From assembly GCA_026026165.1 (NCBI GenBank), contig JAPEUD010000008.1:496001-560000 (forward strand): a stretch of DNA of 64,000 nucleotides, given 5' to 3'. This document shows positions 1 through 11,570 of the stretch, one piece after another. The stretch's first letter is position 1. Every line of letters starts with the position of its first letter. The notes below the pieces were generated by a model. The model did not search any database. It had not been told where the DNA came from and worked only from the letters and a program-made list of their open reading frames with translations. Source of the DNA: Sarea resinae (Eukaryota). The position numbers and the translations under genes are program-made.

Positions 1-948
1 GGCATTTTTCCCAACCATGCCAACGGAAGCTCCTGCAGCGCGGTAGAGTAGTCGTACTCTCTATCAGTGAACGAGTACTCCTTCATGTCTATCTACTTTC
101 ATTGACACCTATTGGAAGACGCTCAACCTACGTACTATGAGTACTCCGAGTACTCCGCGGTACGTAGAGTGACCTCCGAGAGTTATCCGTCGTCCGCGCC
201 CGTCCGTCATCCGAATCGTCTCCCGCGAACTCCAGGCCCCCCATCACATCGGCCCCAGGTAGCTCATCTCACCGTGCCACTAGCATCTTGCAACAATCGC
301 TTTCCATTGGCGCTATCGCTTCGTAGCTCAATTCATCGATGCGCTGGCCCGTGCCTCAATCGCTCACCAACGCAACTTTACGGAGAAGCACTGTGCAGAT
401 TCGCTTACTAATCTGTCCTCTGGTGCAGGTGCTCTGAATACCTAGTAGGTAAAGTAGGTAGGTAGGTAAGTCGACAAGCTGTTCCATTATATCAGTCAGA
501 CATAACCCGCAATTTGGAATTGCATACTGATCGTCACCCACTCCAAACCACAGTTAACGAGTTTCTAGCAGGCAGGAAATAAAGCAATCCGAATATCCAC
601 CTAAGGTTTCATGGCATTGAAAGTGAATGATGAGTCGAGCATTGCAATTGTTAACCCCGGACTCTCCAAGTGACGCGCCAGCTTTCCTCATTCCACGCGC
701 GCCTGTCTCATCTTAAAGCAAACCTGATTGACGCCATGATATAAGCCATTGATTCTGCCCAGTCATTCGCAGCAGACGCCTTGAGAGCCAAAACATGTAC
801 ATGAAACACCAGGGGGTGTGGTGTGCGAAAAACGGCAGTGTAATAGAAAGACGTCTGGCTTTATGAGGATATTCCCATATTTCACCCCTCAATATTCTAG
901 GTGATAGAGCCCGAGCGGAAGCAACCTTTGTATGCTGTTCATTGTCTA

Positions 949-2827
949 TCAACTCGGCCTCCTCGTCTCGAATCTGCCTCTCAACGCATCGACTTCTCGT
1001 TGCAATGCTGAAAGATCGGCCAGTACATCCTTCTCCTCGCTTTCTTCGGTTGGTGGACTTTCAGAGAAAGGGGTATCTTGCTCTCCAGGCTGTAGGAATG
1101 TAGAGCCCCGTCGGGACTGGTCATGGCTTGATCGTCTAGACTCCCCGCTGAATCGTCTTGCCTCGGATGAGAGCATGCTCGGACTATCTATACTGCCTTT
1201 GCTCGAACCCCTTTTCCTTGGGGGCGGAACGGGAGGAGGGACGGTCATGCTGGAGGAAGAAGAGACGGAAGAAGCTCTTGTTGATCGTTTAGTGGAGGAT
1301 CCAGAGACCGTACGTGCCGGAGGAGGTGCTGGTGCTTTCGATAGTCCTGAATAAGAGTCAAGGGTTCGAGAGGTTGTATGCGACGAGACTGCCATTATTG
1401 AGACGGTAGGTACGGAAGATAGTGAACGACTCTGATCGACGCCTGGGCGGCGGGAAGGAGGGGGAGGTGGTGGAGGCTTGTTCATTGAGGCCGGCCTGCC
1501 GATAGTGGTATCAGAAGAAGTCTCTGAAGCCACTTCTTCTGGTCTCGGGGACAATCGAGCGGAATTACTGCGCGAGAGCGGCGGCTTTGAGTTTCGTAGT
1601 TGGCTATGTCGGCGGGCTAATGGCGGGGTTGGGGCTCTTTTTCTCCGAGCAGAAGTAGGAGAGCTTAACCTTGCTCCTTCCTCGTCAGCATCTCCTGCTA
1701 GGCCTTCCTCAGATGCCAGGGTAGATGAAGTAGAAAGCGGAGGAGGTGGTAAGGGCTTGTTCAGGTCACTTCTTGACCTTCGCGAGCCTGTGGAGGATGT
1801 ATGTCGCGAATTGCTTGACAAAGATTGTTCGAAGGAGGGCGGATCAAAAGCAGGGTCGGTGAAGGAGACAATCTGTGGTATGTTGCCTTTGATAGGCTTT
1901 CCGTGACGTAATTTGGGTATGGGCGGCTTCTTTCTCCCTTTATCTGCACTGGCTTCCCCAAGCAGCCGCTGCTGCTCATCGTCTGAAGGACTTATTTCAT
2001 GGGATGTTCTCGGCGTATCGGCTTGAGCCTCTGCTATCGGTTCAAATATAGACTGGCGAGAGATGGATGAAGTGTCAGTACCACTACTGTTGTCGCCAAG
2101 AATACCGAGCTGGGAGTTGATCTGAGTCGGCGGAGTTGCTGGCGTGCCGTGTACAGGCTGTACAGGTTTCCCAGTCAGGAGGAGTCGCTTGAATGCGTCG
2201 ACATCCAAGGAGGCTCGTTGCGGGCCCTGCTTAGGTCGACCGGCCGAGGTAACCTGCGCGGACATTCTCTTTTCTTTAGCGGAAGAGCTCCCCCGTCGTG
2301 GCTGCTCCAATGTGGCAAGAGTGTTTTCAAAAGGATTCGCCGGAGTCCCCAGATTTGATTCCGACGCCACGGCTGACATGGAGACGTTCTTTACTGGATT
2401 ACGGATCACGTTTCCTGACTGCTCGAGTGTACCATTCAACCCCCGACCTCGTTGACTTGTAGACTCCCTCCCAGGAGATCTATCCAAGGCAGTTCCGGCG
2501 GTTGGAAGAGAATCTGCATAGCCTGCCCATTGAGAGTTTGGCGTGGTAGACGCAGCGCCATGGATTGATTGTTGTCCACCGGCAATTATCGGGGTTGGAG
2601 AAGTACCTCGCGCGAGTCCGGATATTGATCTCTGCTCGAATTCGACTGCTCAAGCAAAAGGGCCAGTCAATAGCTAGTCTCATGTCATCTTGTCCTAAAG
2701 GGATCTGCATACCTGAGTCTATCGCGGGGAATCGCTCTTCGGGCGACAGCGAGACATTACGAACCACTTTATCTGCTGATTTTGTCTGGCGGAATGGATT
2801 AAGTGAAGATGATATATCTCCGGACAT
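949..2827 (-). CDS. Ser/Pro-rich, largely disordered protein of unknown function with many PxxP(R) motifs; 2 exons (2827-2713, 2645-949)
   Basis: 512-codon ORF stays open upstream to a CAG acceptor at 2646. ATG 2827 (MSGDISSSLNPFR) and GTATGC donor 2712 splice in frame. Short motifs LDVDAFKRLLLTG and C-terminal DVLADLSALQREVDALR. Confidence 0.8.
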
Positions 2828-3616
2828 AACGTCTGATCTATCGCAGCACACTCATTGAAGGCACCAGCATTGGAAGCAGTAAGATTTATAGCGTAGAGCG
2901 GTTGACGGAAGCATTGGATTGTCGGAATTTCCTCATCGTCACCCGAGTCTAATACAGCTAGCTCTGCCGGCGGTCAACCTTCGCTAGTAGGGAAGCCAAA
3001 CGTGGGGTTGATTGGCCAGAACGACCACTCAATTGGAAGTTTACAACAAAACAGTCAGCTTGACTGCTACTACTATGTATACGGCAGGCAATCAATAGGA
3101 ACCGATACCAATCTTTTGAAATTACACAACACCAAAGCAATGAAATATTTTTGAAGTTTCTCGTTTCGATGTTACCTATTGCGCCCAAGAAAATGTCACT
3201 CGCTATGCTCTATATGACAAAGTGATGGAAAGCAATGACAAGAGGAAAAGGAAGAGCCAATGCTAAAGCGCTCAATGATACATTTATGCTCCTTTTTTAC
3301 TCGTGAGAGACACTATCTTCGGTTGCGCCAGATGACGATAAAAGAACTGAAATGCTTTTGGCCGAGCTATGGCGGGGCGCCATGTGTCCCGGAAGTAGGA
3401 AAGGAGCGTCATCGATATTGTCCAAAGCGTCGTGGCAGGACATCACAGGTAAAGAAAATCATGTCGTAAAGAACGAGTCATGTCCCCTATGCGGACGTCG
3501 TAACACAGTCATATCGTCCAGGCCGGGATTAGCCAGAATGCGCCCATCATGCTCATCATACAAAGTCGGTCATTGCTCGTTGGGGGGAGTTTCTGTCCTC
3601 GCCAATCGAGACTCCA

Positions 3617-5125
3617 TCACACCTCGAAGCTCACTACCGGCTGATTTCCTTCCAACCGGTCTCTCTTGGCGTCGTAAATCATCTTTTGGCGCTTCATCTC
3701 GTCGATGTCGAAAGCCGGCACTTGGTAATGATTGGTTGCTCCGACGGCGGTTGCACTAAGATTCTTATTCTTCAATTCCCTCAGTGCGGTAGCCGATTTC
3801 GTTTTCTTCAGACTTTTCGCCTTGACCTTTTCTTCTTTCTTCTCCTCCTTTTTCGAAATGTCCTCCGGTTTATTGCGGACACGCATTCTTCGAAGCTCTC
3901 TCGCAATCCTCTCCATTGTGCTTCCGCCTTTACCTGATGTTGGCAACTCTGGAGAGGGTGGTAGAGGCTTATCCTTATTGGCACCACTGCTGCTGGTAGA
4001 AGGTCTGTCATCTGTAGCAAAGCTAACGCCGGAATCAACCTTTCGACCTTGTCGCATCTGTGCCTCGGATTCTGGTATGAATTGCTCCACTCCAGTCACG
4101 TCTGAGCAAGTTTCAATGACAGCATTTGCTGTGCGGAGGTAGGCATCTACAGTGTCTCTTACGGCAGCCCATCCATTTTCGTCACATTGACGACGCCCTT
4201 GCTGAATGAGGTTCTCGAGGATAGCAGGACCGTTTCTTTCCACCCCCTGGATATACCTGAAAAAACCATTGCGTTGGGCACTGAGGACAGTAGGTGTCAA
4301 TTGGGGCGTGGGCCGAGAAGTATTCGTTGGCGGGTAGAGCGTGTTGAGCATAGCAACGCAATTGTGCTTGTTGAAAGGAGTAAGAGACAGCTCGTTGATT
4401 AGGACCTGCGCTGCGTGTCAGAACGGATCATCACGGATGCAGCAGATAGAAAGCATACCCAGCGCCGAAGACCAATAAAAAGCTGAGTGTAGAGGGCCTC
4501 GATCTTCCTTTCTTTATCTTCCATTCCTTTCACCCAAGCTGCGACGCTGGGGTGTTTTTGCGAAATCTCATCCCCAGCGCTGAGAGGGTTTTCAACGCCT
4601 AGTCGGTGCAAAGCCATCTTGACTTCCTTTCTCCTTCGAGTCTCTAGGTCTTTCAGATAGTCCAGTCCAGTCAATGCCTGTGGAAAGTCGACCATTGTAA
4701 GCTCGGGTGGGAAGCATCGCCGAACGAAAGAGGTAACAAAACTTGGCGGCAGTGAGCACGGCTGGCAAGGCAATTGCGAGATATGTGACAAAAGAGCTGT
4801 TCTGAATTGTAGACTGGCGGCTTGAGCAGCTTGTTGCTCCGGGGGGAACTGCGCAGACGTTGGTGAAGATGCAGTGCTCGATGTCGAAGTGGGTGTGCCT
4901 GCTCGAGATACTTGATGGGGCAATGGCTGAGCTCGCGGTGTCGAATTCAGGGTGTACATTGTGCGAAGTGGAATTTCATAGCTGCCGGGATATGAGAGAA
5001 TATGATCGAGAATCCTGCAGGATGCGTCAGCCAACATCGCTTTCTCCATATCAATATTTGCCATCTTACCATGGATACGCTGATCCCTCCCCAGACGATG
5101 TGCGAGAATGGCCTGAGGTTGACAT
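3617..5125 (-). CDS. Fungal protein of unknown function; 3 exons (5125-5070, 5014-4459, 4405-3617)
   Basis: Splicing gives MSTSGHSRTSSGEGSAYPW-ILDHILSYPGSYEIPLRTMY...IGLRRW-VLINELSLTPFNKHNC. Both introns have GT donors, CTGAC branch sites and CAG acceptors, and join the two ORF-track ORFs in frame. Confidence 0.85.
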
Positions 5126-5760
5126 TTTGATTATGGGGTAAGAAAAAGCAGGACGAGCGAATTGTGGAAAGACGGACGGCTTGTAGCAGTGGGTCGAAGA
5201 TCAAGAGCTTTGTCGGGTGGGAGTATAGGTATTATGGTCGGATTGTCTCTTTGTTGTGATGTGATGTTCCAAGTCCGTTGCTGGGGCACAATAACAGATG
5301 CAGTGAATGGGTGCGGCTCGCGGAGTATCAAAAGGACCAGTCCTATTGTAAAGATACAGACAATAATAACAAAACCCAAAAGAAAAAGCGTATTATTGAA
5401 AGGCACGGGACACCTTCAATGGCCGGCTGATGGTCCAGAATGGTGGGGGCAATCGCTATTGACGGATAGTCTGGTCGGTCTAGTTGGGTCTGTAAGGAGT
5501 GCAAAGGATTATTCGGCCCCTCCGGTCTCTTTCATTCACCCTTCGTTCGCTGGGAGCGAGACGCAACCTTACGGCAGGGAAAGAGACAGGTCGGTTTGAC
5601 ACATCAGTCAAGCACGCGGGGAGCTGCGCAGGCGGTCAAAAACGAACTTTGCCAATGGGCGAAGAAGTTGGTCCGCGGGAGATCTGCCAGGGACATCCAG
5701 AAGGAGCGAAAGATCCAATTGCTCAGGGACGGGCACAACAGAGGGAAAGGAGAGTTCGAG

Positions 5761-5796
5761 ACTTGGCGAGGCACTTGGCGAGGCACTTGGCGAGGC
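5761..5796. repeat. Perfect 12-bp tandem repeat (ACTTGGCGAGGC)x3
   Basis: Read directly from the sequence. Confidence 0.95.
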
Positions 5797-8700
5797 ACAA
5801 AGAGGAGAGAGAAGGGAAGGTCCAGTCCTCGCATGAATCAACACCTCGACTCGTCAGCGATGCCGAGGATGCAGCGTGCAGACCTAAGCGTAGGTAGGAT
5901 GGATGGATGATTGATCAAATGATGACGACGAGTGGAAAGAGAACCTTGGAATTCAAAGGAAGGGATGGGATTGGGGGGGGAGGGTGAGCGGGGCGGGCAT
6001 CTACTATGTATTACCTTTTTTTCAATTCTTTTTCGCAACAGGCGTACGGCGTAATACACCAAGGGACGATGTGAGACTACGAGACTACTGTATTCGCCTG
6101 TGCTCGAGTATTCGTACTTCACGTCCTAGAGGAACATAGAGATCCGTTCTGGACATCATCATTGGTAGCGCAGGTACCGCATGTGGGCGCTGTGTGGCAG
6201 TAGCGGCCTGCGCTCCCAGGGCCCTTAGTCACGTCTGAGGTCTCACCGCAGTTACCGACTCGACATTTTCGACGGTTCAAGAAACGACAGTTGGAAGTCC
6301 CGGCGGTTCAAACGCCTCGACAGATCTCTCTTTGATCCGAGAGATACCCTGAAGCAAGGATTCCCAAGGGATCCGGGGGGAGCTATCAGAAGCAACATCA
6401 CAGAACTAAAGTACTGCTATCACCGACCGATACTACTGCTAGGTAGGGTATGATAAAGTACTTCCGTAGGTGACTTATCCCGATTAGAGTAGACAAGCTG
6501 TGTCTCGATACCAGTAAAGAGTGACAGTGCGAATCACTTCAGTCTGCGGATAGAAGCACGGACTTGACACGGGACGATATGGTACCCATTCGGGTTGTCG
6601 AGTGCTCCTGGGAAGTCGAGTCGATCATCGAGTCGTACGTACGAACACTGTCACTGTGGTCTGCCCTTGATTCCCTTTTCGTTCATGGCCCCGTCTCCGC
6701 CAGTCTGGTACCGGACATGGTAAGGCGTGCATCCTATGGGAGGATGGGATCAATGTGAGGGATCGACCATCTGTGCTGCTGCTGACTGCTGCTGCATATT
6801 TGTTTGCACGCTGCCTCTCTCATACTGCACACTAAGGTATGCTTCATCGACGCTGGCCCGACAGTACTAACTCCTCGACCCCGTCCTCCCAGATTCAACC
6901 AGGCAACAGTGAGCAAGGTAAGGCCGTCCGGGGAAGGGAGAAAGTCTGCTGATGGATAGGCAGAGGCGCATACCTACACAGGCTAGAGAGGAGGCCGTTG
7001 TAGAGACCGCCCCGCCTGTCGCTTGTCTGGATCGATGCGAGTAGGGAGGGGAGGGCGAGGCCGAGGATCCGAGAAAGGTCATGTCTTCTTTTGCCGAAGC
7101 ACGGGAGGAGTGGAGGGTGGGACTGGCCACCTTTTCAGAGAGTAGCTGTACCCTAGGTACTCGGCCCGCCTGTCTTTCTGTGTATCTCTGTCGTGTCTAC
7201 GAAGCGTGTCCGTCCAACTCATGTAGTAGCCTGCCCATCGCAGCTTCCTGATTGATGCAGATGACATCCACACCCGTTAAATCACGAGGCGTAGTGCAGA
7301 TCCGCCTTGCTGTCCATAGTACTACCTTATGTAGAGGTATTTGATTCATTGCGATATCGTCTTTAGTATCCCGGGGGCTTAGTGGTCTCGGCCTGGTCCG
7401 ACACTGGTGCCTGCCATGTCTCGAGAACGTCCTTGGCCACGCTACGATCATCATTGAATGCTTCTATTCTTTTCCAAGCCTTGCCTTCATATTCTTACTC
7501 TATCCGTGAGCACATGGCTTCCATAGAGAAATTCTAAAATAATAATATATCTGTATAATGCGCTTTGATGTACTGAAGTCCGTTGCGGATATTTGTATAG
7601 GAGAAATATAGAGGTCACGGCTGACCGACCGTGCTACCATGATTTAGAGAAGCCCGAACTGCCCCTGATCACGGTATTTTTTCCCTGAAACAAGAAAGGC
7701 CTCAGGGGCACCATTCATTGTCTTATGCAGTGCCCTCTGCAGGAGACCGATCGCCTGGGCAATAGACATCCATTATTCCGCTGTGCAATACCTGCGGAAT
7801 TCCGCCTGCTGTACGAAGTACGTAGTAGGTAAAGGCGCGGTACGAGGATACAGAGTGACTTCACAACATCTTCGACGCATAAATGCCTAAGCTGAGAAAG
7901 AAATCTTCAGGGAACATCGCGGTCTCTTTGGGACTTCTAGTGCCACGTCCGGCAGACGGGGAGACCGTTTCCACGCAGAATAGTGGAGCGCGATTTGTTA
8001 ACTACTCGGATCTCCAAAGCGGCTTTGACGCTTCTCTTCGAAGCAGGAGAAGGGCAAAGATCTGTTGTGGCCGCGAGCAGGGGGCTTCACTCTTCACCGG
8101 GCGTTCATGACTCTCCACGCGGAGTAAGGGATACGGTGTCTTGGTTTGCGTGGATCACATCCCCATGCCGCAGCGTGACCACATCCCATGTGAGATCCAC
8201 ATGACGATGGCGCTTGACAAGGCTCAGAACCCAGAACCTCGCCCTGCCATTTGTGGGTAGACAGAAGATCTAGCATGGCAGGTCTTATCGTATTCTTAGC
8301 TGTCTCGTCCTCATTCCATCAATCGGGGTGATGACCAGCAGGCCGCGTTAGCATTCTTGACATTTTCAAGGACTCCGAGCAACTGCGGCATCCGACTCGA
8401 CGATTAGAAGGTCGGAAGCCAAATGATACGCACACCTATTAGGAACGAGCCTGAGGCGGCGGCTATCAGCATCGAAGCAAGCTGGAGCACAAGAGTCGGG
8501 TAATTAAAGCCTGCAGAAAGTGATGCCATCAATCATAGCATCCCCCAAAGTACGACAGACAGCTTGGACCGTGATAGAAACCCGATTGCAATACCTTGGC
8601 TTCCAGGCTTCTAGCCAACAGACTTGTCAATATGATCCACGATGAAAATGACCGAATGAACCATTCAATAGTGGCTCTGGGCTCTTCGACTTTCAAGGTC

Positions 8701-10169
8701 AGCCAGCTCTGCACTCTGGCGACTTGCATATTTCCCACCTTACACCGCAGTCAGTCAGTGTCAATCAATTCTCGAGTCCCATTATTTGTCCTCGAGTCAT
8801 TTGTTCTCGGATCCGCAATGCGAGTCTCTCATTATCTTCACAAACACCCTGTTTAAAATCATAGGGGAGCCGCCCTGCTGTGTAATTCCCGGATCAGGGC
8901 CTATACCAGTTGGCGTAGGTGCCTTCGCGGATGTCTGTTTTATCTACGGGAGTTACTTGCCAAAAATGATAGCGTTCGTCGTACAGAGGATTCTGCTCGT
9001 GTTTGTAGGTGCACTCTCGGTTTTCGGGTTAAACAATCGATTGTTTTGCTGGTACCACGAGCAGAGGCAGTGACTGAGTCGTATCGATGCAAGTTTTCGT
9101 GTGGTGAGCGGGAAGATCATTACTCTGCAAGCCGCTCTGTTTCAATAATCATTTGCACAGGTGGAATTGATAAAAGCGTCGTAATACCGTCGGCTACCGA
9201 GTCCATCTTCTTTATTTTTCAGCTCGCTGTTCACATCACGTTTTTTTCTGACGCCTGAAGGTTGCCAAAACCTACCTACCCTTTGATGAGCCAAAGTACA
9301 TTCTGTCTAGCAACCTAGGTACTCTCTGATGGATCCGAAAGCTCTACCATCCTACTATGTTTTTCATCACCTAGATCCTTAATCTTGACAGTGACACTAA
9401 TGATCAACCACAATCATTATCATGCTTCAACCTTCCAGGTTCAACCTCAGAATAATCTTCTACGGTTAGCAACTTTTACTAAATATGAAGTATCTCCGCC
9501 ATGACCTAAAGCCGCTACACTTATCGATCACGGTCCACACCAGCAACCGGAAGGTAAAGAGATAGAGAAACTAATGTAGGAACGACAGCATGAGACGAAA
9601 AAGCAAATCTTGCCTTGATTCTGTTCTCTATCACTCGTACCTTAATATTCGTGCCTGATGGATGCATGGACCACAAGATGTCCAACGAGCAGATCGGACA
9701 TTGATGTGTTGAGTCATTTGTTGGTGAGAAGTTTTCTTTTTCTTTCCTTTGCTTTTCCCAACCTACCACGCACGAAGCCTAAGACTCTATCCAAATCTCG
9801 AGGCCCGGGCATTAGCGACCGCGGGCCGTCAGCGAGCACCGAGGGAGAATCGCGATGATGCGAGGCCTACTTTGCAGTGTTATCTGGATCGGCGGCGTTA
9901 ATCGATCATTGACACGATGCAAAGGTGCTTGAGTGACTAAAGCTTTGCTAGGTGATCATGATACGTAGAGCACGAACCCCAAGATCTGTGCCAGATCGCA
10001 TGATCAGACTTTGGTGGGAGGTTGCCTGTAATCGACAATTAAGTGTTCAATATACAATGAGGTAAAACCAAAAATCCACAGGTCAAAAGTTTAGATCTTC
10101 GACTACAGTTGAGAAGTAGTCAAAAGCTCAACGATCGATGATTCGGTGTAAGCAACCCAATAAGGTGAT

Positions 10170-10920
10170 GTGCATCTCCTTTCGCCCAGAGTCTCTCCCC
10201 GAAGCCCTCTTCTTCACTCACTGTTGATCTTAACCCCACCTCTTCGTCGCTCCCTTTTCTCCCTTTCCTCTTCTCCACGGAAAACAAGCTTCCAGCTCAA
10301 TACGGATCTCCTCCCCCACACCAGCTTACCCACTTCGTGCATTTTTCCCTTTCACTTCCTTAAGTGCCATATTTGCTTCTTTCGCTTCTACTGTATCTTG
10401 TTCTATCGGATAATCGGGATCGTAAAAAGCCTTACCTCAGTATTCTACCTTACCTTATTTCACCTACCTAACTCGACTTACGTACAAGTTCTTCACCGCT
10501 TCGGCCCCTTCTCAGCGTTCTTCTACTACTACTAGCCCATTCTCCTACACAGGATTCCCATCTAGGTGCGTTGGAGGTAAGGCAAATAAATTTAGGAAAA
10601 GCGTCTTTACGATCGACAGCGCTAGCCTCGATTCCGTCGGACCCCTAGCAAACGCAGAAGCAGGTAGGTGAAGCAAGCACCCCTCTCTCATCGGATGCTC
10701 CCTCAGACCTTTGAGCCATTGAGATGAAGCAAAAATGAAGCAGATAAGGGGAGAAACGCAAAGTAAAATAATTTAATGTAGAGTAGGAACTTGTGGACAG
10801 TGCACTATCCACAGACCGCAAAGGCGACCGCATCTCTAACCAACGCCGTGCAGGGGACCGACTACTCAACGTAGGCTGGACTCGCTCGAACGGGCAATCT
10901 GCGCCATAACTTGACAACAA
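10170..10920 (-). mobile_element. Probable decayed (RIP-like) transposon or gene relic; family not identifiable
   Basis: Minus strand is purine-rich and codes charged residues (…FYDPDYPIEQDTVEAKEANMALKEVKGK…). It is broken by TAG/TAA/TGA codons explicable as C>T from CAG/CAA/CGA, plus at least one frame change. No TIR, LTR pair or TSD found. Confidence 0.35.
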
Positions 10921-11570
10921 CACCTCAGCATCTGCGAGAGTGGAAAAAATGAGATCTTCTATGCCGCGAGGCGGAAGACAAGGGTAGAAGAAGACCACCT
11001 GTGTTCTGTGCCGTGCCTCCCCCGCATTTTTGGCGTTTCTGGCCTTATTGGCTTCGCTGCCGTCAATGCGTCTCGCCTATTAGGAACGGATCAGGGTGCA
11101 TATTTTAAAGAGCTGGAGTGCGAGGTCCAGCAGCTCAAGCATATTCATTCATGCGCTGGATGAGGGGCAAATTTCCGTTTTCTATATTATGCCGAGTCGG
11201 TGACTGCCAACTACAACTATCGGCCGGTTTGAAGGATGAATGTGCTCTTTGTTCTTGCTTAAGCTCGACTTCGGCCCACTTTGGACGTCACAGTAGTCTC
11301 CTCGGCGCAAAGAAAAGAGAGACAATACAGCTTGTGCGAGGAGAGAAGGATGGCTTGATACCTGCTTGGTGAGGGAAGCTGTAGGCTTGCTTGTAGACAA
11401 GATAACTTATAACTGGCCACGCCAGATATACTTTTGTCCATGAGTGATGACGTCGAATTCAACCCTCAGCCTGAGGAGTTTGCTAAAAGTGGTAGGTCTT
11501 GCTTGTAACGAGAATGCTCGAAGAATGCTCCACGACGATCTATTCGCAGATGCCTCGTCCCCAGAGCAAA

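Noticed and set aside
5131..5406. GTG-started 91-aa ORF with a TM-like stretch ending 5 nt before the downstream ATG
   Set aside because: No ATG, a stop four codons upstream, and the hydrophobicity follows from T-rich leader sequence.
9484..9525. Translation MKYLRHDLKPLHL resembling a kinase catalytic loop
   Set aside because: No other kinase motifs nearby and flanked by stops; likely chance.
10790..10920. Possible HDV-like ribozyme or solo LTR
   Set aside because: Only a partial P1-like pairing, with no P1.1 or P2 partner; no matching second LTR end or target-site duplication.
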